A DNA stretch of 64,000 nucleotides from Malacoraja senta (Eukaryota), in the NCBI GenBank assembly GCA_038087875.1, contig CM075987.1, positions 19,158,001 through 19,222,000 on the forward strand, given 5' to 3'. This document shows positions 40,731 to 52,410 of the stretch, piece by piece (the first letter of the stretch is position 1; every line of letters starts with the position of its first letter). A program made the position numbers and the translations under genes. The notes below the pieces were generated by a model that was not told the origin of the DNA, did no database searches, and was given only the letters and a program-made list of their open reading frames with translations.

Positions 40731-41168
40731 CAGGGCTTCCACACCTCAATTTTTTTTTCCTGAAATAGAATTCCAAATTACCTGGAATTTGATGGTATTT
40801 CCCGGCCCAGTAAGCCTTCCCCAACTGGACATGTGCGATATCGGGCCCACTGCGCATGCGCGGGGAGACCGCGTCACCGGCGCCATTTTCAATTGTGACG
40901 CGGCTGACGGGCCTCCCCCAACTGCGCAGGCGCGGATGGTCGTAAATATACAGGTACATACTTTTTTCCCCGCAAATCACCCCGCGGGCCTGATTGGACC
41001 CCTTCGCGTCCGCACATGCGCAGTTGGGGCGGCAGTCGCACATGCGCTGTTGGGGAAGGCTTACCGGGCTGGGAAATTTCCCGAAATTATTTCATTTCCC
41101 TAAAATTACCTGAAGACAACCAGAATTTCCCTAAATTTCGGGTAATTTCCTTCAAAGTGGAAACACTG
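40731..41168. mobile_element. hAT-type MITE with GC/CpG-rich palindromic core
   Basis: TIRs CAGGGCTTCCAC / GTGGAAACACTG (10/12); 8-bp TSD CTTGATCA / CTTTATCA (7/8); internal 42-bp inverted repeat (37/42). Confidence 0.8.
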
Positions 41169-42060
41169 CTTTATCATGCTACTGGTGGAAAAATCACACT
41201 TGCTTTTGTTTTAAATTTGTCTGTTCTCAGGGTAGTGAATCATTTGGTAAAGTTTCATGGTATTATTTTTAAGAATTGCACAGCTCTGGTTTGTGACATT
41301 TTTCTTAGGGGACGGGAAAAACAATCCTTATTTTATGTTATCTAGTGCGTATTTCCTGTTGCAGGCCAAACACTTCCTCCTCTGTTCTATGATGTCATTC
41401 GTGTCTCATTTCTGTAATTTCCCAAGGTGGTTACTGGCTGTCAAGGATCAAGGATCTGCTCTATGGAATTTAATGCTCAAATATTGGTGGGTACATGTGA
41501 AGTGGCACTAAACACATGCACTATCTGTCCTGTCATGCTCACAATTGGACTCTTGGCTCACAGCTTCCCAACTTGTTTCTTGGCCACTCTGTACCTCCCT
41601 CCCATATTTCTGGCTATATTCTGACTTCCAATTCCCAATCTCAGCCACTGACCTGGTAGATGCACCCATTCCCAAGTTCCAGCCATGTTTCTGTCCACAT
41701 TCCTGGCTCCAGGTCTCCAGTTCTTATTTAAAAATCATTATATTCATCATTTTACTTGCGTGTTTAGTGCTAGATTTTGGTCCACTTGAGTGGGCATAAA
41801 AGATCTCTGCTTATCTTCTTTCTAGAAAGACAACACTTTGTCAATGTAGGACTTCCTCAGTGTAGGCCAAGATGTTTATGCAAAAGTGGAGGTGTGAACC
41901 CATCACCTGCTGACACAGGCAAAGTTGCGCTCGGAACCAAGCTAGACACTCTTTCAGCAGATAAAATATGTTTGTCCTTTTATTTCAGAAATCGCACAAA
42001 AGTAATTTGGGGAGACTGATGATGTGCAGTTTGTATTTCCTTAACTATATATGCCATTGA

Positions 42061-42280
42061 GGTAGGGTCGGGGGGAGTTCCCCCCACCACGGGTACCATG
42101 TAATCCCGTGCTACCCGCTCCATGGTCGGATAGTCAGCGACTAAACCGTCTCCCCCACCTTGTTTGCCAGGTGAGGAGGGGGCTATGGACCAGCAGGACC
42201 AAAAACAAGATCTGTCAAAGGGCGGATGAGCTTCTAGCGAGCCAACAGCCATTCACACTTCAGTAGAAGTTGCGACCACG
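42061..42280 (+). mobile_element. Structured GC-rich segment resembling the 5'UTR of RTE-clade LINEs
   Basis: Motif aaaaacaagatctgtcaaagggcggatgagc recalled from RTE 5' ends; several hairpins; no ORF. Confidence 0.45.
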
Positions 42281-42356
42281 GGGGAACAATGGAGGAGGAC
42301 TGACTGTACTTTGTGTCTTCCACCACAGTGAAGAATGCTGTGGTGGATGTTTGTGA

Positions 42357-42590
42357 GTGGCACAGTGGGGCAGCTGGTAGATCTGCACCTGACAGCTCAA
42401 GACCCAGGTTCAAACTTGATCTCTAGGGCTAACAGTGTAGAGTTTTCACATTCTCCACGTTTCATCCTATACCCCAAGTTGTAGGGAATTGGCTATTGTA
42501 AATTTCACCCGAGTATGTAGATGGAAATGTAGAGAGAATAAAATGGGATTAGTGCAGGGCAGGATAGAATGTATGGGTACTTGATGGAAG
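42357..42590 (+). mobile_element. Degenerate HE1-like SINE
   Basis: ggcacagtggggcagctggtag..ggttcaaac head and V-domain remnants. Confidence 0.65.
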
Positions 42591-42591
42591 T

Positions 42592-42852
42592 GGAAACCAG
42601 TGGAAACATCCTTTCCACATCCACTCTATATTTGCTTTTCATTATTCTGTAAGTTTCAATGAGCTCCCCCCTCAACCTTCTAAACTCCAGCGAGTAAAGG
42701 CGCAGTGCTGTCAAACACTCATTATATGATAACCCACCATTCCTGGAATCATTCCTGTAAACCACCTCTGAAGCCTCTCCAGAGTCAGCACATCCTTCCT
42801 CAGAGATTGGGCCCATATTTGCTCACAGTACTCCAAATGCGGCCTGACCAGT
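42592..42852 (-). mobile_element. CR1 LINE fragment
   Basis: LYSLEFRRLRGELIETYRIM..VDVERMFPLV. Confidence 0.85.
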
Positions 42853-44039
42853 GGACTTGGTGGGCCACGAGACCTATTATTTCTATCGTCTCTCTTTTAA
42901 AAAAAAAATCCAGGCAATTGTTGGCCGCATAATTTTCAAGGGTATTTGCCCTTTGAGTTGCTAATATTCCCAATGGGATTTGGACTTTGATAGGCGTTTC
43001 AAAATCGAAATTGTTTAAAAAAAAAAAGGAATCAGAAAGGTTTTGTGAAATATTGCAACCAGTTTAAATGCACTCTTGACACAATGTTGACATTCTGAAC
43101 GTTGAATCCTACAATCTCTGTTCACGGCTCCACGGTGAGCCACGTGATGATTTGAGCATAATATAGTCATCCTTTGACGAAACGAGTGCTGTGGACCAAC
43201 AGACTCAAACATCCAAGAGGATATGCAGAAGGATGTGGTGCTGATGCATGCAACTACTGTAAGGACTCCAAGGGGAACAGTTACAGTTATGGGTGGCATA
43301 GTGGGGCATCTTCTATAGCTGCAGCTTCAGAGCTCAAGAGTCCCATGTTCAATCCTAATGTCCAGTGATAACTGCAAAGTTTGCACATTCACCAGAAATT
43401 GGTTCTGTTGCTGCTTTAAAACAAAATCTGGTCGGTATTTTTTGAAGAGCAGTAACGTTCTCAGTCTCCTGACCAATACCTCGCACCTCACCAAACAGGT
43501 TTGAATCTATTTGAATGGTTTTATCGTATGGCCTTTGTCCCATATAGTCTTACCTTGCCAAACAGCCTTGTTTGTCCTGCCCCTCCCCCTACCCTCAACT
43601 TACTCCCTAAGCTAACTTCCAGTCCTAGTATAATGAAAATAAGTTTTAAAGAAACCACAATTACATTGCTGACCCTGTGGTTTTCCTCGCAGGTTACTTT
43701 AGCCTGGGGATTAACATTGCATTCCTAACATCTGTCTCCAAGAGATTCCTACAACATTTTGGACAACCTAATTCCTGTTTGTGTGACACTGCCCTGTCAC
43801 CTTTCAGCAAAGGTAAGCTTCATATCTTGCATTTCCTCACAAGTGCTTTGGGAACGTAAGTTCAAATACATATGCATGTGTATTAGGAAGATAAATGATT
43901 CACTGACATTTAACACTGGAGGATTTTAAATTCAGGTTCGGGAGGTCTTACTGCAATTAAATGGAACATTGATGTGATCACATCTGGAATGTTGTACACA
44001 ACTTTCCAACTCGTTGTCTAAATATGACTATTTACTACA

Positions 44040-44400
44040 GTCAAGTCAAGTGAGTTTATTGTCATGTGTCCCTGATAGGACAATGAAATTCTTGCTTTGC
44101 CTCAGCACACAGAACATAGTAGGCATTTACTACAAAACAGATCAGTGTGTCCATATACCATAATATAAATATATACACACATGAATAAATAGACTGATAA
44201 AGTGCAGATAATGGGTTATTAATAATCAGAATTTTGTCCGAGCCAGGTTTAATAGCCTGATGATGGCTGTGGGGAAGTAGCTATTCCTGAACCTGGTTGT
44301 TGCAGTCTTCAGGCTCCTGTACCTTCTACCTGAAGGTGTGGCCAGGATGGTGTGGGTCTTTGATGACACTGCCAGCCTTTTTGAGGCAGTGACTGCGATA
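44040..44400 (-). mobile_element. Rex1/Babar LINE 3' end
   Basis: PSGRRYRSLKTATTRFRNSYFPTAIIRLLN; (TCAAG)n tail on the + strand. Confidence 0.82.
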
Positions 44401-44810
44401 CAGAGGGTGTGCAATGAAGATTATCACACTGTTCGTGGGATGCTATTCAATCAAATGAGGAGAGACTGAGCAGGTTAAGGAGAATGAGAATCCCCCCTAA
44501 TTGCTTCAAATGCAAAGGGAAACTATATTAATTCTTGAAGTAGGAAAGAGGATTGTTGTACATTGTTGTTTGTACTATACAGTGGAGCAAGAAATAGTCA
44601 ATGCTGAACTGTGCTTGGAGACCTTGTTGTCTCCTGTTGGGTGTAATTTTGCACAATAGCTTCTAGCCAAAATGTCTCAAGGTTTTCAGTGTTGCTGTTC
44701 AACTAAATTCTGTCTGCAAAATATTGGTGCAGGTGTGAAAATGAGTTAATGCAATGGTGCACAAATAAAATAAAGAGATTTATTCTGGAAAATAAAATAA
44801 AGAGATTTAT

Positions 44811-45868
44811 ACTAATAAATGTGAAGTCATTCACTTTGGGAAAAAAAATGATAGGGCAAGTTATTTTCTAAATGAGGTGGAGCTGCGTTGTAATGCAACG
44901 CAAAGGGATCTAGGGGTAGTAGTACATGAATCACTAAAAGTTAGTATGCAGGTGCAGCAAGCAATCAGGAAGGCCAATGGAGTTTTGGCCTTTATTGCTA
45001 GGGGGATTGAGTATAAAAACATGGAGGTCTTGCTGCAGCTGTACACAGTATTAGTGAGACCACATTTGGAATACTGTGTACAGTTCTGGGGTCCATACTT
45101 AAGAAAGGATGTACTGGCCCTGGAGGCAGTGCAGCGAAGGTTTACAAGATTAATTCCTGCAATGAGGGGATTGACATATGAGGAAAGGTTAAGTAGGCTG
45201 GAACTCTACTCTTTGGAGTTTAGAAGAATGAGAGGCGATCTCATTGAAACATATAAGATCGTGAGGGGCCTTGATCGGGTGGATGCACCGAGGATGTTCC
45301 CAATGATCGGGGAAACTAGAACTAGGGGACATAGTTGTAGAATAAGAGGGGGCTCTTTTAAAACTGAGATGAGGAAGAACTTCTTCACCCAGAGGGTGGT
45401 TAATTTATGGAATTCACTGCCCCAGGGAGCAGTGGAAGCAGAAACATTAAATATATTTAAATCTAAAATAGATGTTTTTTTAGCTGCCAAGGGGATAAGG
45501 GGCTACGGGGAGAGGGCAGGGAAATGGACCTAGGTATGGTTAGTATAGTAAGACCTGAGTGATCTCCTGGACAAGTGTCGATCGCCTGGATTGGGGTCGG
45601 AGAGGAATTTCCCGGATTTTTTTCCCGAATTGGACCTGGGTTTTTATCCGGTTTTTTGCCTCCCCCAGGAGATCACGCGGTTCTTGGGGTGGAGAGGGGT
45701 GATAGCGATATAAAGGGGAGGGTAGTGTCTTGTGTTCTGTGTCTTGTGTCTACTGTTTGTGGGTAAGGGTGTCTGTTTAGTGTTCAGCCATGAGCGAATG
45801 GCGGTGCGGGCTCGATGGGCCTGGTGGTCTACTCTCGCACCTACTTTCTATGTTTCTATGTTTCTATG
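44811..45868 (+). mobile_element. Young 5'-truncated CR1 LINE (open ORF2 C-terminus 44877-45533, long 3'UTR, (TTTCTATG)n tail)
   Basis: [61 protein letters not shown]; octamer tail. Confidence 0.93.
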
Positions 45869-46419
45869 GAGTGAGTAAAAGGAAAAAGGTGACCTTTCAG
45901 ATATCTTTGTGGTTTCTAAAGGGAGAGAGGCAGAAGTCAGGAAATTATAGCCTTGTTAACTTCTGCTTTGGACAATGTTCGAAGCTATAAATAAACATAT
46001 TATAACAGGGCGCTCCGAAAATTCAAGGCAATCTGGCAAAGTCAACGTGGTTTTATGGAAAGGAAATAACATTTGAGGACTTTTTATAGAACAAAATAAA
46101 TAATATGCTATGGATAAGAGTGAATTGGTGGATTTACTCCACCTAGATTTCTAAAAGGCATTTGGTGCTGCATGGAGTCATTGCAGAATCTAAAAGCACA
46201 TGGTGTAGCTCGCGGCATGGCATGGATTGAAAACTTGCTGGCTAAATAATGCATAAATGGATCTTTTTCCAGTTGGCAGGATGTAATTGTTGGTGAACCA
46301 CAAGGATTGGTGAGGATTACTGCTGGCACTTCTGTTTTTTTTTTACATTTTGTATAATTAATTGCATGAAGGTGTTGAACGTATGTTGACTGAATGTACT
46401 GACAGCACAAGGACAGGTT

Positions 46420-46653
46420 GCAATTACAGGAGAAAAAAATGTTAAATAGAAACAGAAAACACTGGAAATATTCAGCAGGTCAGGCAGCGTCTGCGGAAAG
46501 AGAAGCAGATAATATTTCAGGTGAGGGACCCTCTGAAGGGTCCAAGAGCTGAAGTATTAACTGCTTCTCTCTCCATACATGCTACCTGACCTGCTGAATG
46601 TTTCCAGGATTTTCTGTTTCTATTTTGCATTTTTTCCTCTCTCCTGTAATTGC
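46420..46653. mobile_element. Penelope-like fold-back element whose palindrome extends into the flanks
   Basis: GCAATTACAGGAGA..TCTCCTGTAATTGC outer arms plus inverted pLTR arms centred on ggaccctctgaagggtcc. Confidence 0.75.
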
Positions 46654-49146
46654 CCAGCTACAGCTACAAGCTTGGGTGCAGTGCGCAAGCTAAATAATTA
46701 GGTCACTGAGGTTGACTGTCTTGAGCTGGTCCGAATTCTTCCATTATATCAGCTTCCTAAATGTTTTTAATTTGAATCTTAAACTAATAAACAGATGATT
46801 TCAAGGATAATGGTAGCCATTTATAAAGCACTTTTAATGTCATGAAAACTTTGCAAAGAACATAATTGAAGCATTGTTAAGCAACAGATTTGATAATACC
46901 ACAAGGTTCACATGACTAACTGCTTGGACAAATAGACAGGTTTTGAAAACCATTCTTTGTGTTTTTGGAAGGAATTCTGTCCCTGATTTGTGTATTGGCC
47001 TTTATAACTTATTTTTTTCATTCTGATTATTCTGATTATATGTTAACCATAAATCTCTGTAAGGTGTCCTTGAGACCTCGGTATAAGGTGCCCATAAATA
47101 AAATTCATTATTATTATTATTATTATTCTAACAAACAGCACAGTAGAAAATTGTAAAGGATTACAGAAGGAATCCCAGACCAGTTGAAATCTCAAATAAT
47201 TTGGTGGAGGGATTAACTTTCAAATATGAGCAAGAAGTCTGAATTGGAGGAGTGAAAGAACTGTGGCAGGTTAAAGAATTGGCAGAGGTTACAAAGACAG
47301 GGATTTTAAAACGAGGAAATAAGAAAATGCTCCAGCCATTTGCATCCTTGAGTTAATGTTTTGTGGAGTGCCCCCCTTGGTCAAGGCTTTTATTTTTTTA
47401 AAACATAAATGTTTCTTCCTGCCCCGAGCAATTAAAACCAACTTTTGTTGGTAGACACCAAGCAAGCCAAGGTAGAGAGTATATTTTATTTGTAATTTCC
47501 AAAAGATCTATTTCATTGCAGCACAACAATACTTAGATTTTTGATTGTCTAATTAATTTAAATGCTTTGCTGTAAACAAAATTAAGGTCAATTGGGTAAA
47601 TGAGTTATGAAATTTTGGAATTCTTCAGCTTCAGAAATAATATAATGCTTTAAAAAATGCCCAGAATTTTTATGACACTGGTATTTTGAATTATCTTTTT
47701 TGGTAAGCAATTTACAAAAATATGCAAGATCCCAAGAGATGGATATGGGGAGGATGTTTCCTTTTGAAGTAAAATCTAGAAACAGGGGTCACCCATGTAA
47801 GAAAGATGGGATTTTTTTTTCCCCTGCGCGTCATGAATATTTGGAACTCTATTCCTGGCTGTGTGGACTTTGAATATTTTTAAGGTAGTGCTAGATTCTT
47901 GATAAGAAAGGAAGTGAAAGGTTACTGGGGGTCAGTGGGAATGCAGAGTTCAGATTTTATTCAGTTAAGATCTTATTATAAATTCAACTCTGAACATTGG
48001 TCCGGGCTCCAAGGGTTTCTGCTATTTCTGCTAAATTTCAATTGAGCTGTGTGAGCAGACAAGAAAATAAGCGTTTTGTCACGATTAGACCAAGAATGAA
48101 GCTTCTTGGGAGGAGAGGTTTAGGGATGGACTCCAGAGTTTGGTTGGTTTGGTTATGGTGGAGAGATTAATAATCTGGGATACACGAGAGGCAGGAATTG
48201 GAATAATGCAGAGAACATGACAGGGAATGTAAATAAACTGTTGCGTTTTATTTCCAAATAATTGGAACAATGTATTCCACTTTGATTTGGAGTTGTTTCT
48301 GCGTTACTGCCTTCCTTACTCTGTGAGGATAAAGGCCAGTGAAATCAAACAGTTCACAGTAATTATTGCCCCCAGTGTTTTGCTCTTAGAGATGGCAATC
48401 CTTAAGAATGAAGTACCAATAAAGGCACCATTGAGGAATAATTATCTTTGATCTTAAATACATTGCTGTAACACAGGTCCGCTACAGCCAGTACATTCTG
48501 TACTTGTGGTAGGTATATTTGTGAATATGTAACAGAGACCATGACGTTGGAAAACAAAGAGAGCAGCATTAAACAGTTTGATTTGACTCGCATTACCAGT
48601 GTTTAACCCAGAATTAACCTTGCTCTTGTTTAATGTTAGCTGGCTGTTTACTGGCTCTTTATAGTGGGGGGGGGGGGGTCTGTTTTACTGGTTAATGATG
48701 GAATTTAAAAGTCAGTAAGATAAGCAGAGTAAGAGAGTATACATTTATCTTTTAGATATTTCATTAACAGCACAAATTCGATGAACTGAATAGTCCCCTG
48801 TGTTATTCAGTGAGTTCTTTGAGACTGATTTTTATTTTCTGGAGCTGGGGTTTGCAAAATCAAGAAATTGATGAACTATTTCAGACCTACCTTTAAATTA
48901 GGAACACCGGATATTTGGAATTAAAAAAATGTTGGAAAGAATAATATTGGTCCGACTTCCGGTGGCGTCATGTTAGACTAACAGACGTGCACCCAGCTCC
49001 TCTCCCGAAAAACTTCACGATTTATCGTGTAAAACGGGTCCGAAAATCGGGATTGTTTTTAAAAACCTTACCGGAGCTTCTGGTTACCGCGCTGATGACG
49101 TCATCGTTAAACGCGATGTTTTAAACGGTGGTTTGAAGCCCTTTAA

Positions 49147-49332
49147 ATGAGTAAATTGACTCCAGCTGTGAGCCCTCAGAGAGCTGTGAATAAACTGTCG
49201 AAACAGTTCGAAACTGAAGTTACCTCTGAAGTCTCTGAAGTGGCTGCAGAAATGGATACAAGATCTAAGAAAGACTTTGATGACTTGAAAAAATCAATGA
49301 AAAATTTGAACACAGATCAAACACAGATTTAA
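49147..49332 (+). CDS. Probable L1 ORF1 N-terminal stub (61 aa) ended at the deletion junction
   Basis: First long ATG ORF after the 5'UTR; charged, coiled-coil-like end (DFDDLKKSMKNL). Confidence 0.55.
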   Translation: MSKLTPAVSPQRAVNKLSKQFETEVTSEVSEVAAEMDTRSKKDFDDLKKSMKNLNTDQTQI

Positions 49333-49448
49333 ACACAGATCAAAAAATATTAGCGAAAACATTAGCCAGAAGATTAAGTAAATACATTAGTAAATTAATA
49401 AACCCAGATCAGACAGGGTTTATCCCTAAGAGATACTCTTCTAATAAT

Positions 49449-51488
49449 ATGAGACGTCTACTCAACATAATGCACTCACACAAATCTGAAGATCAAGAAT
49501 TATCAATTATTTCGCTGGATGCTGAAAAAGCATTTGATCAAGTAGAATGGAATTATATGGATAAAGTATTACAAAAATTTCAACTGGGAGAGAATTTTAT
49601 TTTATGGATTAAGTTACTATATAACAAACCTACAGCTAGAATACTTACTAATAACATATTATCCTCGAAATTTCAACTATCAAGGGGAAATAGACAAGGA
49701 TGCTCATTATCACCACAGCTGTTTGCTCTCATTATTGAACCGCTAGCAGAAAAAATTAGAATACACCCTGATATTCATGGATATAATACTAAAGACTCAT
49801 ATAATAAAATATCTTTATACGCGGATGATATATTATTGTATATTACAAAACCTCAAATCACTATACCAAATATATTAAATTTAATTGAAGACTTCGGATC
49901 TTTTTCTGGATATAGAATAAATTGGAATAAAAGTGAAATTATGTCAATAAAACCGAAAGATTCAACACATCTTTTAAAATTCCCTTTTAAAATAGCTACA
50001 GAAAAATTTAAATATTTGGGAATCGAAATTACCAGAGCATATCAAGGTATGCTCAGGGCAAATTTTGACCCCCTACTTAATAAACTGAATACATTAATTA
50101 AATTCTGGAAAACGCTTCCGATGTCTTTAATAGGCCGAATAAACGCAATAAAAATGATCTTTTTACCACAAATTTTATACCTATTTCAATCAATTCCTAT
50201 ATACTTACCTAAGAAGTTTTTTAAAAAACTCGACTCAGATATCACTAATTTTATATGGGACTATAAATCACATAGAATACAAAAAACCCATCTGAATAAA
50301 TCTAAAGTATTGGGAGGTCTAGCACTACCCAATTTTATGTATTATTATTGGTCAGTAAATATTAAAAACATGATTCAACTGATGGATAACTCCGCCCAGC
50401 AAGTAGACTGGATTGTAATGGAGAAAGAGGATTGCTCCTCTAGAAACATTGGAGCGATCCTCCTCTCTCCAATGAAATTGAATAACATAAACTATAATAA
50501 GAACCCAATTATTCATAGTACAATCCGTATTTGGAAACAAATAAAACAAAATTTAAAATTAAGAAACTTATCACTTTTATTACCTATAGTCAATAACCCT
50601 TCGTTTAGTCCTTCTATTATAGATAAAGCTTATACACAATGGGATAGACTAGGAATTAAAACGCTTGGTGACTTGTATGAAACTGGAAAATTACTTTCAT
50701 TTCAACAATTACAAATAAAATATAAACTCGGAAATAATCAATATTTTAAATACTTTCAAATATGCGACTATTTGAAAAAATATATAAAAGATCATCATAA
50801 TAACCCAGCAGATGTACTGGACGAGGCAATGCAGACAAAAGCGGAATCAGCAAACTTAATATCATATTTGTACAATATTATCTTAAATGTACAAATACCA
50901 TCTACGGAGGGTATCAGAAGAGACTGGGAACAAGAGTTAGCTATTAAAATTTCAAAGGAAAGTTGGAATGAATACTTATTAAAAGTACATAAATGCTCGA
51001 TTAATGTAAGACACACTTTAATACAATTTAAAATTTTACATAGATTATATTATTCGAAAACTAAAATTCATAAAATTTTCCCAAACGTATCATCTATTTG
51101 TGATAAATGTCAATCCCAAGAAGCAACTATAGCGCACTCATTTGTCTTCTGTACAAAAATTCAAAAATTTTGGAATGAAATTTTTGAAATTTTTACAAAG
51201 TTATTTAAAACAAGACTGATACCCAAAGCAGAATGGATTATCTTCGGAATAACGGAAGATGATCCAGAACTAAATGTGTTTCAAAAGAAATTAATGGATT
51301 ATGGGTTAATAACTGGAAAAAAGCTAATTCTAAAATTTTGGAAGAAGGCTCCAATACCAACTATAAATATGTGGATTTCAAATATGTTTGAAACACTACA
51401 CCTTGAAGAGATAAGACTCCTCCTAGCAGGTAAACCAGATCACTTCCACCTGACGTGGTCTGCATTTATAGAATTATTACAAACATAG
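49449..51488 (+). CDS. L1 ORF2 reverse transcriptase plus C-terminal CCHC domain, lacking the APE endonuclease (homology starts ~49329, LNTDQKILAK)
   Basis: SLDAEKAFD, GNRQGCSLSP, LYADD, KYLG, GGLALP, CDKC..H....C; no stops over 679 codons. Confidence 0.92.
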   Translation: MRRLLNIMHSHKSEDQELSIISLDAEKAFDQVEWNYMDKVLQKFQLGENFILWIKLLYNKPTARILTNNILSSKFQLSRGNRQGCSLSPQLFALIIEPLAEKIRIHPDIHGYNTKDSYNKISLYADDILLYITKPQITIPNILNLIEDFGSFSGYRINWNKSEIMSIKPKDSTHLLKFPFKIATEKFKYLGIEITRAYQGMLRANFDPLLNKLNTLIKFWKTLPMSLIGRINAIKMIFLPQILYLFQSIPIYLPKKFFKKLDSDITNFIWDYKSHRIQKTHLNKSKVLGGLALPNFMYYYWSVNIKNMIQLMDNSAQQVDWIVMEKEDCSSRNIGAILLSPMKLNNINYNKNPIIHSTIRIWKQIKQNLKLRNLSLLLPIVNNPSFSPSIIDKAYTQWDRLGIKTLGDLYETGKLLSFQQLQIKYKLGNNQYFKYFQICDYLKKYIKDHHNNPADVLDEAMQTKAESANLISYLYNIILNVQIPSTEGIRRDWEQELAIKISKESWNEYLLKVHKCSINVRHTLIQFKILHRLYYSKTKIHKIFPNVSSICDKCQSQEATIAHSFVFCTKIQKFWNEIFEIFTKLFKTRLIPKAEWIIFGITEDDPELNVFQKKLMDYGLITGKKLILKFWKKAPIPTINMWISNMFETLHLEEIRLLLAGKPDHFHLTWSAFIELLQT

Positions 51489-51885
51489 GGTGCAAAAGTA
51501 CTTTAAAAAAATAAAAAATTGAGGTCGGGTAAGGGGGGATGATAGTTGAAGAGTTGGTATGTCCTATTTACGTGATGCTCAAAAAAAAAAAACATTTGTT
51601 TTTCTTTTTTTCTCTCTCTCTTTTCTTTTCTTAGGGCCTATTTCTTAACTCTTTTTTTTTTTGTTTTTAATTTCGCTTTCATAGGGTCCTCGTCCTTTTT
51701 TTTTTTTGTTGTTACATTTTCTACACTTTTCTACACTTGCACTTTTTCCTTCACTTTCTTCTCTCTTTCAATCTTTTCTTTCTTTAGCGTAAAAAAAAAA
51801 TAAAGGGAGTACATTAATTGTAAGAAGATATAAATGACGAGTATTAATGTATGTGGCTGTGATGTAATGTACTTCTAATAAATAA

Positions 51886-51933
<48 letters not shown>

Positions 51934-52066
51934 ATAATATTGGTCCAAGAGTAAACAATTGGACAGAAATCCTAAGAAATTGAACAGAATGAGAAGCAAA
52001 AACTGAATTACCAGCTATGTGGATTCAAGATAACAAGGCACAGTTGAGGTGAATACCATTGAAACG

Positions 52067-52410
52067 CTTTATTTATTTATTTATCTATCCATTTTTATTT
52101 ATTTATTTATTCTTTATTTCGAGCAGAATAAAAGATTAAAAAGCAAGTGTGAAACAGCATACAAAAAAACAAAACAAGAATATTTATAAATAAATGAAAT
52201 CGTATGTGTCCGAAAAGTAGCAGGAAGAAGCCAAAGCTTATTAATTCCCACCCCTTATTCAACTGCATATAATTATCTTATACAAATTTAGCAGCTATAT
52301 GTACACCATATGTACACCACCAGCTATATGTACACCAAATTATTTACATTTATACACTAATCAAATATTTACAAAGCCATACAAAAAAAGAGAGAAAAAA
52401 ATAAAAAATA
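52067..52410 (-). mobile_element. L2/Crack/Daphne-like LINE 3' tail
   Basis: (TTTA)n tail and, on the minus strand, the ATAAGCTTTGGCTTCTTCC stem-loop motif. Confidence 0.55.

Larger units (their letters stand above)
48954..51928 (+). mobile_element. Young L1 LINE with intact 5' end and a large internal deletion (most of ORF1 and the endonuclease)
   Basis: 18-bp TSD AAAGAATAATATTGGTCC (48936-48953 and 51929-51946); CpG-rich 5'UTR starting GACTTCCGG; AATAAA at 51877; ~40-nt pure poly(A). Confidence 0.95.

Noticed and set aside
40684-41345. ORFs of 109-139 aa over the GC-rich MITE
   Set aside because: Non-ATG or weak starts, no homology, explained by the palindromic GC-rich element.
42130-42190. 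Twister ribozyme (UAA..GAGGG)
   Set aside because: P1 pairing next to UAA and the pseudoknot motifs could not be matched.
49328-49334. TTTAAAC slippery heptamer at the L1 ORF1/ORF2 junction suggesting -1 frameshifting
   Set aside because: TTA-AAC is in the ORF2 frame; the ORF1 frame reads ATT-TAA, so the phase does not fit a -1 shift from ORF1 to ORF2.
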